Below are positions 44,626-54,903 of a stretch of DNA of 64,000 bases, piece after piece. A model generated the notes under the pieces. It was given only the letters and a program-made list of their open reading frames with translations, was not told the DNA's origin and did no database searches. Both the position numbers and the translations under genes were made by a program. Source of the stretch: a virus (Duplodnaviria; Caudoviricetes); IMG/VR virus record IMGVR_UViG_3300020181_000012, positions 2,058-66,057 of that record; one strand, 5' to 3'. Each line of letters opens with the position of its first letter. Position 1 is the stretch's first letter.

Positions 44626-45091
44626 CGGATCTGAAAGATTTGCTAGAAAAGTATCTATGGAAGAAGGAGAGATGATTTTAAAGAAAGTAGCTGCCTATAA
44701 TAAAAGCGGATCAGAAAAGACTCTTTCTGCTATAGTTAAATCTATGACTCCTGAAGCTGTAAAAGCTAAAGAAGCTAAAGAAAAAGAAAAGGCTAAACTT
44801 AAAGGTAAGAAGAAGTTAGTTAAGAAGGAGATTAAAGAAAATGCTAAGTCAGAAAAGACTAAGAAGAGAATTATTAATAATATAGTTGAAACCGTAGAGA
44901 AAATTATTTCTCCTACTCCTGAAGAACCTCAATCTGAGAATGCTCCAACTACCGAAAATGTAGAATCTAAAGATGAAAAGAAAGTAGATCTAGGTGATGT
45001 AGTTAAGGCAGTAGAGGAATCTAAAAAAGTAGAAGAGCCTAAAGTCTCTCAAGGTTTCACAAGCAGTTTCGGAAGAGAAAGATATAGATAA
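44501..45091 (+). CDS. Lys/Glu-rich hypothetical protein
   Basis: Overlaps the rIIA 3' end by 125 nt. Confidence 0.65.
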   Translation: MGTQNNKKNQPAKKVAQKQPTTKSKFKQLVAKKIGANMIVTNGSERFARKVSMEEGEMILKKVAAYNKSGSEKTLSAIVKSMTPEAVKAKEAKEKEKAKLKGKKKLVKKEIKENAKSEKTKKRIINNIVETVEKIISPTPEEPQSENAPTTENVESKDEKKVDLGDVVKAVEESKKVEEPKVSQGFTSSFGRERYR

Positions 45092-45093
45092 AA

Positions 45094-45894
45094 ATGCAGA
45101 TTAATAAGGAGTTATTAGAGGAGATCATATATCGATCTCCTCTTGCACTATTAAAAATAAAAGATAAAAATGTCATTAGACAAATAAATAGTTATTTGCC
45201 ATATAGTGTAGGAATGGAATTTGAATGTTATAAGAAAGAGGGATTTTTAGAATCTAATTTCACTAATATTCCTTATATAATGGCAGTGGATACTGATTCT
45301 AATGAACAAAGATATAGAATACCTCCGGGTATAAAAGGTCTTATATGTCTATACAATATATCTATTCAGCTAAAACTAAATTCTGATATTGATATGGGCA
45401 GTTCTGTACATTATCATACAGACATGACCCATCTTTGGAGTAAAGTTTCTGGTAAATTTATAGACGAAGTTAATCCCTTTATTATTGAAAAACTAACAGA
45501 ATGGAAAACTGCTCTAGATATGACATATGCTGTTCGAGGTTCTTGGTATAAATTTAATGATTGGAAAACACTAGAAGTAAGAATAGGTGAACCAACCTTT
45601 GATTATTCTATATTAGTTAAAAGAGCTATACAATGTGCAGAAATTGTAAGACATTTACAATTTCTATTAAATGTAGAATATCATAAAATTGAGCCAGAAA
45701 TTCTAGATGGAAAAGACTTATTAAACTATATAAGAGGATGCAAATTTCCAAAAGATAATAAACTTAAGGAGTTAAATGCTAAACTAGAAGAGTTAAATAA
45801 TACTGAAGAAGAACAGCCCGAGGAGGAAGAAAAATCTCTTAAACTTGAAGAGATTAAAAAATTAATGAAAAATAGGAACAAACAAGTAAGATAA
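45094..45894 (+). CDS. Putative amidoligase (COOH-NH2 ligase, GCS/glutamine synthetase-like fold)
   Basis: VGMEFE, E.RYR, SVHYHTD, TLEVR motifs. Confidence 0.65.
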   Translation: MQINKELLEEIIYRSPLALLKIKDKNVIRQINSYLPYSVGMEFECYKKEGFLESNFTNIPYIMAVDTDSNEQRYRIPPGIKGLICLYNISIQLKLNSDIDMGSSVHYHTDMTHLWSKVSGKFIDEVNPFIIEKLTEWKTALDMTYAVRGSWYKFNDWKTLEVRIGEPTFDYSILVKRAIQCAEIVRHLQFLLNVEYHKIEPEILDGKDLLNYIRGCKFPKDNKLKELNAKLEELNNTEEEQPEEEEKSLKLEEIKKLMKNRNKQVR

Positions 45895-45898
45895 AACC

Positions 45899-46690
45899 TT
45901 GACTGTTATAGGGGAATTTCATAATTTGTATTCCCCTTTACAGCTAATAGCTAAAGATATGACATTTGAAGAATGGAAAGAGAAGTATAAGCCTACCAAG
46001 GAACTTATAATAACAAGGAAAGCAAGAACTCAGATATATCAAGAAATATCTACTATATATGAATACTATATATGGACAAAGAAATTTATAAATGATGAAC
46101 TCTTTATAATTCCAGGAAAATTTGTAGGTACAGGAGAAAGTATATTTATATGTGAAAATGCTCATATTTTTGAAACTAATGATAACGTACAATTAAACAT
46201 AACAAGAAAAATGGATAGATCTATTGAATTAGTAGAAGAGTTTATGAAAACCTTCAAACAACCAGTACTAATAATACCCACAATACCTTCTCAAGAAAGG
46301 TGTAATTTAAGAGTTAATCTTCTTAAAGAAGAACTAAAGGAATTTGAAACTGCTATTGAAAAAGGAGACATAGTAGAAATTTTTGATGCATTATTAGATC
46401 TTAAATATGTCCTTAATGGAGCTTTTAGTGAATTTGGACTTAGTGGAGCCTATCCAGAAGGATTTAAAGAAGTTCATAGGTCTAATATGACAAAAGTTCA
46501 TGCAACTGAAGAATTAGCTAAATCGACTCAAGATCATTACCTTAAGGAAGGTATACCTTGTGATATTGAATTACACTTGGAATCTTATTTAGTAATTAGA
46601 AAATCAGATAAAAAGATTCTTAAATCGATATATTATTCTCCAGCTCAATTAGCTCCTATAATTAAAAAATATCAAGATAAAGTAAAATGA
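45899..46690 (+). CDS. MazG-like all-alpha NTP pyrophosphatase (dUTPase-type) with N-terminal extension
   Basis: LLKEELKEF, EIFDALLDLKYV, EVHRSNMTK; the true start is probably an internal ATG. Confidence 0.8.
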   Translation: MTVIGEFHNLYSPLQLIAKDMTFEEWKEKYKPTKELIITRKARTQIYQEISTIYEYYIWTKKFINDELFIIPGKFVGTGESIFICENAHIFETNDNVQLNITRKMDRSIELVEEFMKTFKQPVLIIPTIPSQERCNLRVNLLKEELKEFETAIEKGDIVEIFDALLDLKYVLNGAFSEFGLSGAYPEGFKEVHRSNMTKVHATEELAKSTQDHYLKEGIPCDIELHLESYLVIRKSDKKILKSIYYSPAQLAPIIKKYQDKVK

Positions 46691-47670
46691 TAATAGCTTT
46701 TAGTGGTAAAATTCACAGTGGTAAGGATACTGCTGCAAGGATAGTACAATATCTTACAGCCTCCTATCATGGAGAATTAGTCAGAGATCACGAAACTTTT
46801 GAACAATATATTTCAAATATAGGTTATCAAGAAGAATGGGAAGTTAAAAGATTTGCTGGTAAACTTAAACAGATAATTTCTATATTAACTGGTATTCCGG
46901 TAGAAGATCTAGAAAAGGAAGAAATTAAGAATAGTTTTTTACCAGAAGAATGGAGTAGATGGTATATATCTATAAATGGTGAAAGACATAATGTTGTTTA
47001 TGCTTCTAAAGAACAAGCTGAACCAGATTATAAAATTTTTCGAGCTATAGATGGTAAAATAGAGCTTTTAGAAGAAAGGCTTACTGTGCGTAAATTACTT
47101 CAATTATTAGGTACAGAAGCTATGAGAGATGTAATACATCCTAATGTTCATATCAATGCTTTGTTTTCTGATTATAAGGCTACTTCAAATACTATTGTTA
47201 AAGGAGAATTTTGGGAAGGAGAAGTTGGAAATAGCAGAATTTTAAACCTAGAATTATCTACTAATTCTTCTGAGTATTGGAATAAATACAGAGGTAGAGA
47301 GAAAAATGTGAATCACTTTACCACCTCTGGAATATATCCAAAGTGGCTTATAACTGATCTTAGATTTCCTAATGAAAATACTGCTTGTGGAATAAGAAAA
47401 GCTACAAGAATAAGAATCAATAGACCTATCAAGCATAGATTCCCTGAGCTTTGGAATACATTAATGTCTAATGAGAAGGAGTTGACAGAATATGTATTTT
47501 TGCAGAAGCTTAAAGAATATGATATTGAATTTTATAAAAAGTTAACTCATTATTCAGAAACTGCTCTTGATGATTGTAAAGATCTAGAGTATGATGTAGA
47601 TAATGATGGAACTCTAGAAGATTTAGTTAATAAGATAAAAGAAATACTTAAAGAAATTAAAGTAATATAA
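46687..47670 (+). CDS. Deoxynucleoside monophosphate kinase
   Basis: IAFSGKIHSGKDT, FAGKLK, RKLLQLLGTE, ITDLRFPNE, HYSETALD. Confidence 0.9.
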   Translation: MIIAFSGKIHSGKDTAARIVQYLTASYHGELVRDHETFEQYISNIGYQEEWEVKRFAGKLKQIISILTGIPVEDLEKEEIKNSFLPEEWSRWYISINGERHNVVYASKEQAEPDYKIFRAIDGKIELLEERLTVRKLLQLLGTEAMRDVIHPNVHINALFSDYKATSNTIVKGEFWEGEVGNSRILNLELSTNSSEYWNKYRGREKNVNHFTTSGIYPKWLITDLRFPNENTACGIRKATRIRINRPIKHRFPELWNTLMSNEKELTEYVFLQKLKEYDIEFYKKLTHYSETALDDCKDLEYDVDNDGTLEDLVNKIKEILKEIKVI

Positions 47671-48068
47671 TGCAAACGAAAGCACAAAGTATCAAAGAAA
47701 CTATTACAGATGTAATAACTGGATATATAATTTCAGTGGCTATTACTTTTATAATAAATTATTTTCATGATATAGAGATAGCAACATGGAAAAATTTTAG
47801 TATGACAGCATGTTACACTGTAGTTTCTATGATAAGAAAGTATATCAGGAGATACTTTAATAATAAAGAGCAATGGGTGTATAGTTTTTCTAAAGCTTAT
47901 GATTGTCATTGTTGGACAAATGTTAAGAAAGGTGAAACACATACATTCCATGCATCTTTTTATGATAAGCATGAATCATGGAAGTTAATAGAAAAGAAAC
48001 AAAATGAAGATGAATATAACAAAAGAATTTATTCAGAAAAGAATAAAAGAGCAGTCGGAGTATATTGA
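47670..48068 (+). CDS. Small phage membrane protein (MQTK.QS..E...V family)
   Basis: MQTKAQSIKETITDVITGY...SMIRKYIRRYFN, two hydrophobic helices. Confidence 0.65.
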   Translation: MQTKAQSIKETITDVITGYIISVAITFIINYFHDIEIATWKNFSMTACYTVVSMIRKYIRRYFNNKEQWVYSFSKAYDCHCWTNVKKGETHTFHASFYDKHESWKLIEKKQNEDEYNKRIYSEKNKRAVGVY

Positions 48069-48237
48069 GGATAAGAAAGATGAAAGCCTTACTATACTAA
48101 CTGCTTATCAAGATAAACACATAACCTTTGAAGAGTTTAAAGAGAAGTCAGATCGGTATAGTTTAATTATAGAATCTGCACTAGCTCAAAAGACATACTT
48201 TGAAGTATTACTAATTCAGAAAAATAACGGAAACTAA
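48004..48237 (+). CDS. Hypothetical protein
   Basis: In-operon ORF coupled to thyA. Confidence 0.55.
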   Translation: MKMNITKEFIQKRIKEQSEYIEDKKDESLTILTAYQDKHITFEEFKEKSDRYSLIIESALAQKTYFEVLLIQKNNGN

Positions 48238-49343
48238 TGAGACAATACCACGAACATTTAAAATATATATTAGCTAACGGTACAAAGAAACCACCTGAAA
48301 GAGGACAATCTAATGGAACTCTATCAGTATTTGGTTATCAAGATAGATATAATTTAACAGAAGGATTTCCTATACTAACTACTAAGAAAGTTAATTTTAG
48401 GAACATTGTAGTCGAACTCCTATGGTTTCTAAAGGGGGATACTAATATTAAATACTTAATAGATAATGATCTTCATATATGGAATGAAGATGCTTATAAT
48501 TATTATGTTAAACTTTGTCAATCTAAAGACTTACCTCCTATGGATTTTAAGACTTTTGTTTACATGATTATGGAAGGAGAGCTGGAATATCCTGAATCAG
48601 AAAAGTTTGGAATAGGCTATAGACTAGGAGATTGTGGATTTCAATATGGTAAAGTATGGAGAAATTTTGGAATTACAAATACATTTGACAATAATTACGG
48701 AGTAGATCAAATATCTAAACTTATTACTAAACTTAAATCTAGTCCCAATAGTAGGAGACATATAGTTACTGCTGTAGATCCAGCTAATGATGAAAATCTA
48801 GCTTTGTATTGGTGTCATGCATTGTTTCAATTTTATACAAGAGAGCTTACTGTACGTCAAAGAGGAATGTTCTTTGATAAAGAAATTCATACTGTTGTTG
48901 ATGCATCTTCTAGATCAACAGAAGAATGGCATAAATACTTTGATGAAAAAGGCTATCCTAAATATTATTTGGATTGTAAACTTTATCAGAGATCTGCTGA
49001 TATGTTCTTAGGTGTACCTTACAATATATCTTCTTATTGTTTGTTAATACATATTGTAGCTGAAATGTGTAATATGATTCCAGGAGAATTTATACATTCT
49101 TTTGGAGATAGTCATATCTATGATAATCATAGAGAACAGGTTGATTTACTTTTGAGTAGAGATTATAATAAATATAATAAACCTAAATTAGCTATAAATC
49201 CTCAGTTTTATTTCAATATAATGGATACCCCTGATAATGTTCCTGCTCTATTAGAAGCTTTAGAACCAGATTGGTTTACATTAGATAACTATGAGAGCTA
49301 TCCCTTTATAAAGGCTGATCTTGATACAGGAATGAAAAAGTAA
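48237..49343 (+). CDS. thyA: Thymidylate synthase
   Basis: FPILTTKK, ELLWFLKG, SRRHIV, CH..FQF, YQRSADMFLGVPYN, GDSHIY. Confidence 0.95.
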   Translation: MRQYHEHLKYILANGTKKPPERGQSNGTLSVFGYQDRYNLTEGFPILTTKKVNFRNIVVELLWFLKGDTNIKYLIDNDLHIWNEDAYNYYVKLCQSKDLPPMDFKTFVYMIMEGELEYPESEKFGIGYRLGDCGFQYGKVWRNFGITNTFDNNYGVDQISKLITKLKSSPNSRRHIVTAVDPANDENLALYWCHALFQFYTRELTVRQRGMFFDKEIHTVVDASSRSTEEWHKYFDEKGYPKYYLDCKLYQRSADMFLGVPYNISSYCLLIHIVAEMCNMIPGEFIHSFGDSHIYDNHREQVDLLLSRDYNKYNKPKLAINPQFYFNIMDTPDNVPALLEALEPDWFTLDNYESYPFIKADLDTGMKK

Positions 49344-49347
49344 TATT

Positions 49348-49770
49348 ATGATAGGAATATATAAGACAATTCGTAGGATTTTTGAGATAAATAAACATAA
49401 GTGGTCTGCTGAGAAAGTAGAAGGCTTTAGAGATTGTCTATATCTATTAGTTACTGCTATTGAAAAACATCCTGCTTTTAATGCTCATCTAGAAAATGAT
49501 GAGTTGAAGAAAGAAAACTATGAGCTTAAATGGAAAGTTAAAAAATCCTTAGAGAATAAAGAAAATCAGGATCTAAAGAGACAGCTTGCTGAAGCTAAAG
49601 AAAAACATATTGAATATAAGAGACATTTAACTCATGCACAGGCATCAATTGAAACTAAAAATAAGTTAATAAAGGCTTATAGAGAGTTAGCTAGAAAGCA
49701 TGGATTAATGGGTCAATTAAGTAAAGAATTATTTGAAGTAACTGAATTAGAAAAACTAAACAAAGAATAG
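49348..49770 (+). CDS. Coiled-coil hypothetical protein
   Basis: In-operon ORF. Confidence 0.65.
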   Translation: MIGIYKTIRRIFEINKHKWSAEKVEGFRDCLYLLVTAIEKHPAFNAHLENDELKKENYELKWKVKKSLENKENQDLKRQLAEAKEKHIEYKRHLTHAQASIETKNKLIKAYRELARKHGLMGQLSKELFEVTELEKLNKE

Positions 49771-49771
49771 T

Positions 49772-49966
49772 ATGCCACTAAAGAGATACCTAGTTAGAAC
49801 AGAATTTGGAGATTATTATCAACATGATAATTTATCAGATGATATGATTGAGCAATGTAAGGATGGAATTGTTGATATTGTAGATACTCATGAAGGTAAA
49901 GAGATGTTTACAAATGGAGAATGGGAGCCAGTTGAAGAATGGGAAGAAGATAGTGAAAATGATTAA
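49772..49966 (+). CDS. Acidic hypothetical protein
   Basis: Last gene of the plus arm. Confidence 0.65.
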   Translation: MPLKRYLVRTEFGDYYQHDNLSDDMIEQCKDGIVDIVDTHEGKEMFTNGEWEPVEEWEEDSEND

Positions 49967-49967
49967 G

Positions 49968-50009
49968 AATAAAAGCCTAGTAGAGAGTATCTACTAGGCT
50001 TATTTTTTT
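49968..50009. terminator. Bidirectional terminator between convergent arms
   Basis: AAGCCTAGTAGA-gagta-TCTACTAGGCTT with A tract on the left and T tract on the right. Confidence 0.9.
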
Positions 50010-53000
50010 ATTCTGTTTCTATTAATATTGTGAATTCCATTCCATGCATAATAAATTCCTCTGTTCCGTCTGTTAGAGTTAATTCTACAGTTATGTTATT
50101 CGCTATTGTATGATCTATAGTACCAGTAGCAGGTTCAGTAGTTAAAGCTCCTCCTTGGTCACTAGTACCACTTATAATTCTGTAGAAGTTATTATTTGCA
50201 CCTGTTAAGGCTTTAACATATACGGTCTGTTCTCTATAATAACTATCATTAGTAGTTGCAGCAGCTACAGTAAACTCTAAAAGTGTTACTCCTCCAAGTT
50301 TAACTCTAACTACAGATCCAGCTAAAGAACTATCAGGAGCTGACCAGCTAAAATAAGGAGCAAATCTAATAATACTTCCAACCTTTATGGTATTTGCAGG
50401 CACAGTTTTTGTATATAGTGTTTGAGTAGATGTAGTATTTGTGCTAATTGTCTCACCTGCTATATATCTTACGAACTTTTTAGATTCTGCTAATGCATTA
50501 TTTATCTGATTTTCTATATATGTAGTAAGCTCAACATTTAACGTTGGTGATCCTAGTACATTAGCAAATGAAACTGATCCTCCTATAAGAGGTATACGTA
50601 CCCAGTAATTATTTTTCATACATACTGCTAACTGAGTTCCATCATCAGACATCCTAAAATCACCTTCTTTTCCTGGAAATACTGCATCATCAGGAAATTC
50701 TTCTAATGTATTATCCTCAATAACTCTAAAGGTTTCTCTAGTTCTTATACTGGATGGTATTGCATTTAATGTTCTTGCAAAACCCGTAACAGTTTCTTGA
50801 GCTTCAGTATAAGCATACATTATACCTAATGGTGAAGCTTCTGTATCTGTTGTGACAGTAAGTTCATTACTAGGTAAAGAATCACCAACACTATTAGTAG
50901 CTATTATTCTTAATACATAAATTGTAGAAGCAGTTAAATTAATTAGTGTATCTTGGAATGTTCCGGCTGTTACTACTTTAAACTCAGTCCAAACTCCTCC
51001 TATATATCTCTCTATTATTACTTCAGCTTCGTTAGTAGAATTTAATATCCAACTAATAGTAAGACTTGTATCAGACTTTGTTATTAGTGTTAAATTACTT
51101 GGAGCAGTTGGAATAACAAGAGGAGCTGTTCCAGTAGTAGCATTAGTTGTAGTATAACTAGAACTACCTGCCAAGTTAGTAGCCTTAACTCTGAAATTAT
51201 AAAGAGTATTAGCAATTAATCCTGTAATACTTCTACCTGTAATACCAGCTTCTAATGTAGCATGAACCGTCCATGAACTACTAGCATTAGTTTTATATTC
51301 AACTACAATATTCTCTTCATCAGTAGAATTAATAGTCCAAGTTAAATCAACTCTTGAATCTGATATAACATTTGCACTCAATCCAGATGGAGCAAGTGGA
51401 GTATTTGGAGCTAAATTTAACGCTGCAAGTCTCTCAAATCGATAAGCTAATGGAGTACCACCTACCTGTAAAGCTCCTGCATCTACATCATTCCAATCAA
51501 TAGTATTACCATAATAATCTTTAGTAATTCCATAAGCTGATAAATCAACTCCTGCGCCTTCTGCTGGAGATCCTTCTAATGGAGTATAGTCCCAATTAAC
51601 TGGATCTCTAAACATAGCTAAATCCATTGATCCTAGTACAACATTAGGTTCAATAGTTTTAGAAACTTTTGAAGCTACGTTTATACTAGTTGGTCCTCCA
51701 GGTCTAACTACAAATAGATTGTTTCTTAAATCTACATGATCTAATGGACAATTTAAATCAACTAGAACATCAGCAATATTTGGATCAGCTACATATAAGA
51801 ATGAGTTATTAAAAACCCTAGCATATTGAGAAGATCCCGGAATATTAGACAATGCAGGATCATCTGTACGGCCTCTCAAAGCTCCAAAAATAGCCCTGTT
51901 ATTGAAACTAAAGAAAATATTATGATGTACGCTACAGTTACCAGAAGGTCCAAACCAGATGCATTGTTGTCCACCCTCAATTATTACATTATATCTAAAC
52001 TCACCTGAAAAACCCTCTGCTAAATTAGCTCCTTCATTTTGTCCATTTCTTCTATCTCTAGAACTTTTGTAAGAGAAGTTTCTTTCAACTAAACTATCAG
52101 AAACGTTATTTTTAAGCTGAAATGCATCCCATCCATTAGTATAGCATTCATTATCATGTATATGTATGTGTCTAATATCATGAGGATATACAGTAGTAGA
52201 GTTAGGTCCAAGTGGTTTACCATTATGATAAAATCCATAACCACAATAAATTGCTTCTCCATCAGTAGCTGTAACTAAACAGTGATGTACACAAACATAT
52301 CTCATATCATGAGTATGCCTATAATACCCATCATCAAGTTGATTCTTAATAGATATACCTGCGAAACTAGCTGTATTTACATATACATAAGCTATTTCAA
52401 TTCCATCATAATTACCATTATTATATTGAATAGCTGAAGAAGCACCTGTTCCACTTCCTATACTCAATCCACAAGGATTTTCATATGTTCCTTGACCAAA
52501 AATAACTAAGTGATTATTATTCTGAGGTTTTAAACAAAATCCTGTATTTGTTCCTGCTTTATATAAAGTAACTGGTCCATCTACATTTGTAAGATATATA
52601 GGTGCACCAGGAAGACCTTGAACACCTTTAAGTGAAATTTTACCTGCTATTACACCCTCATCTGTTTTAAGTCCAATTGTATCTCCAGGTTGTAAATCTA
52701 ACATAACAGTAGTAGCTCCTGTTCCTATTGTAGTAATTGAAGCTTGTTCAAAATTAATAGCTAAGTCTCCACTATCAACGTTATTTACATAACCTGAAGC
52801 AACACCATTATCATATAATCTTACCTTACCTCCAGCTTCCCATCTAAACACATATCTACAATCAGCACTAGTCTTACCCATTGGTTGTCCTACATTTTCA
52901 GTAGATCCTAATGTAATTACAAATCCTGCATAAGCTTCACTTCCATCATCTCCAGTAGCCTTAACAAATATTTGATAACTCTTAGTTTTCATTGATCGGA

Positions 53001-54483
53001 AATCCTCTGGATCATAATCACCAGTAAATGTCCTTGTTGTAGGATTAAAATTAATCCAAGGATGCATATAACTAAGAGGAACTTCTATTCCTATTGGAGT
53101 AACAGCTACAGCTTCATAAGTAATAGTGCCTCCCCCAGTAATACTAAATGTATCAGATGCAAAGGTGTAATTTAATGATTCATCTATCTGTAGATATATA
53201 TTGTCAATTGGATTATCATTAGTTACTATCTTAGTAGGAATCGGGCCTATAGTTATAGTAAATGAATTATCTACATAACCTAATGAATCACTTACCCTAA
53301 CAGTTACAACAGTTACTTCACCTGTATTAGCATTAGAAGGACTTATTATAAATCTTCTCTTGTTGGTATCAAAAGCAATATAAGAAGGTAAAGTTGTTAT
53401 TACTGCATAGCTTAATTCTTCTCCACCAGAACTAGTAAACATTCCTTGTCTAGGAATTATATATCTTTTTCTACGTCCCGGTATGACTGTAATATCAGGT
53501 ATTCCTCCTGTTACACTAGGTACTGCATAAGCTTGAACTGTAATAGTTAATATAGCACTAGAAAATTTTCCACCCGTATCAGTAGCTGTTATCTTAATAT
53601 TTATAGTTCCTTCATCTCCACTATCAGGAGTTCCAACTAATGTACCACTCAACATTGCAATCCAACTAGGTAGAGGGGAGTCATCTTCTAATGTAGCACT
53701 ATAAACTAAACTACCTCCATCTGCATCTGGATCAGTAAACATATCAGATGGTATTGGATATGTAAATTCTTGATTTGTATAAGCAGTTACAGGTAAAGGA
53801 TTATAGTTAGTTATTACTTGTTGATTATATTGTTCTACAGTAATAGTAAATTCATCAAATATTGTTGCAAGACCATCTGTAGCATATACTCTAATAGTAT
53901 GAACTCCTGCACTTCCTTCTAGTTCATTAGCTTGTCCTGTAAACTTCCTAGCACCTGGACTAAAAGTAATTCCAGTTGGAAGATCTACATCATTATCATC
54001 TACCCTTGCAAATGCACTATAAGCATTAGTGGGAAAGTCATTATCTGGATCATCTGAAAAATCACCTGCTCCAAATTGGTAAGGCTGTGAACTAGGCGCA
54101 CCTACACCAAAATAGAATATTTGATCTACAAGGAGAGCTACTAATACAGGAACAGTATTCTCATATAATGTAAACGTCTTTGTTTGAGAAGCAGTAAGTC
54201 CTCCAGAATCTGTAGCAGTAATTCTAATACTATATACTCCTACAACTCCAGTAGTTCTTGGAACTGTAAAACTAGCATTATGCCATACACCTCCACCATC
54301 TCTATATCCTGCTACAAAATTCCACCAAGAAGGTAGAGCAGATCCATCTGAATATGTAGCTGTTACTGATACAATATCATTATCAACATCAGTAAATCTA
54401 TTTTCAGTTATAATCAAAGAAAAATCCTTATTAAATCTAAGGATTTGATTTGATATAGTACTACCTATTTGTGGAGCTGCCAT
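50008..54483 (-). CDS. Large virion adhesin/depolymerase: about 5 cadherin/Ig-like repeats, parallel beta-helix, 2 FN3, C-terminal fibre module
   Basis: Repeated F.D.D...L.Y.A...LPSW..F units; DGEAIY...IHDN...ERN...RYN...HHN beta-helix; APSGL...LTW/PSNL...ISW FN3. Confidence 0.8.
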   Translation of the reverse strand: MAAPQIGSTISNQILRFNKDFSLIITENRFTDVDNDIVSVTATYSDGSALPSWWNFVAGYRDGGGVWHNASFTVPRTTGVVGVYSIRITATDSGGLTASQTKTFTLYENTVPVLVALLVDQIFYFGVGAPSSQPYQFGAGDFSDDPDNDFPTNAYSAFARVDDNDVDLPTGITFSPGARKFTGQANELEGSAGVHTIRVYATDGLATIFDEFTITVEQYNQQVITNYNPLPVTAYTNQEFTYPIPSDMFTDPDADGGSLVYSATLEDDSPLPSWIAMLSGTLVGTPDSGDEGTINIKITATDTGGKFSSAILTITVQAYAVPSVTGGIPDITVIPGRRKRYIIPRQGMFTSSGGEELSYAVITTLPSYIAFDTNKRRFIISPSNANTGEVTVVTVRVSDSLGYVDNSFTITIGPIPTKIVTNDNPIDNIYLQIDESLNYTFASDTFSITGGGTITYEAVAVTPIGIEVPLSYMHPWINFNPTTRTFTGDYDPEDFRSMKTKSYQIFVKATGDDGSEAYAGFVITLGSTENVGQPMGKTSADCRYVFRWEAGGKVRLYDNGVASGYVNNVDSGDLAINFEQASITTIGTGATTVMLDLQPGDTIGLKTDEGVIAGKISLKGVQGLPGAPIYLTNVDGPVTLYKAGTNTGFCLKPQNNNHLVIFGQGTYENPCGLSIGSGTGASSAIQYNNGNYDGIEIAYVYVNTASFAGISIKNQLDDGYYRHTHDMRYVCVHHCLVTATDGEAIYCGYGFYHNGKPLGPNSTTVYPHDIRHIHIHDNECYTNGWDAFQLKNNVSDSLVERNFSYKSSRDRRNGQNEGANLAEGFSGEFRYNVIIEGGQQCIWFGPSGNCSVHHNIFFSFNNRAIFGALRGRTDDPALSNIPGSSQYARVFNNSFLYVADPNIADVLVDLNCPLDHVDLRNNLFVVRPGGPTSINVASKVSKTIEPNVVLGSMDLAMFRDPVNWDYTPLEGSPAEGAGVDLSAYGITKDYYGNTIDWNDVDAGALQVGGTPLAYRFERLAALNLAPNTPLAPSGLSANVISDSRVDLTWTINSTDEENIVVEYKTNASSSWTVHATLEAGITGRSITGLIANTLYNFRVKATNLAGSSSYTTTNATTGTAPLVIPTAPSNLTLITKSDTSLTISWILNSTNEAEVIIERYIGGVWTEFKVVTAGTFQDTLINLTASTIYVLRIIATNSVGDSLPSNELTVTTDTEASPLGIMYAYTEAQETVTGFARTLNAIPSSIRTRETFRVIEDNTLEEFPDDAVFPGKEGDFRMSDDGTQLAVCMKNNYWVRIPLIGGSVSFANVLGSPTLNVELTTYIENQINNALAESKKFVRYIAGETISTNTTSTQTLYTKTVPANTIKVGSIIRFAPYFSWSAPDSSLAGSVVRVKLGGVTLLEFTVAAATTNDSYYREQTVYVKALTGANNNFYRIISGTSDQGGALTTEPATGTIDHTIANNITVELTLTDGTEEFIMHGMEFTILIETE

Positions 54484-54487
54484 TCTA

Positions 54488-54901
54488 CTAAGCTATTAAT
54501 ATAATATTCTTAAACGTAATGTTTATTGGACTTTTAACCCATACTTCTATATCACAATTAGAAGCAGGTACACTAGTTAATACAAAATCATAAGGTATTG
54601 CATTTCTTTCTGCTATATAAGCCTTCTCTACAAGTGTTTCACTATTGTTATATTCGTGCATAGGTAACACTGTTTCATCTAATAATTTCTCCCCTTTAGA
54701 ACTGAAGACTTTGAATGTACTATTAGTACTATTATCTAGATTAAGATATACAAATCTAACAGCTCTTAGCTTACTATTCCTCTTTATAAATTGAAAACTA
54801 GCTACACGTTTATAATCAGATGGTAAGGCTCTATAAAATATATTAGTAGCTTGATAAGCGTTAACAATTCTTACAGGTTTATTAAATAATGTTATTCCCA
54901 T
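54488..54901 (-). CDS. Hypothetical (tail module) protein
   Basis: In the tail operon. Confidence 0.65.
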   Translation of the reverse strand: MGITLFNKPVRIVNAYQATNIFYRALPSDYKRVASFQFIKRNSKLRAVRFVYLNLDNSTNSTFKVFSSKGEKLLDETVLPMHEYNNSETLVEKAYIAERNAIPYDFVLTSVPASNCDIEVWVKSPINITFKNIILIA

Positions 54902-54903
54902 AT

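Noticed and set aside
13254-48972. Minus-strand track ORFs within the plus arm (13254, 16755, 18023, 20224, 20435, 22121, 22831, 23176, 24639, 25638, 26290, 26758, 32087, 36333, 39503, 40877, 43017, 44274, 45944, 47254, 47733)
   Set aside because: Antisense to clear genes, with composition typical of reverse-strand shadows
48237-49343. dUMP/dCMP hydroxymethylase (modified-base pathway)
   Set aside because: Retains canonical ThyA motifs including YQRSAD and PYN; no glycosyltransferase or kinase partner seen
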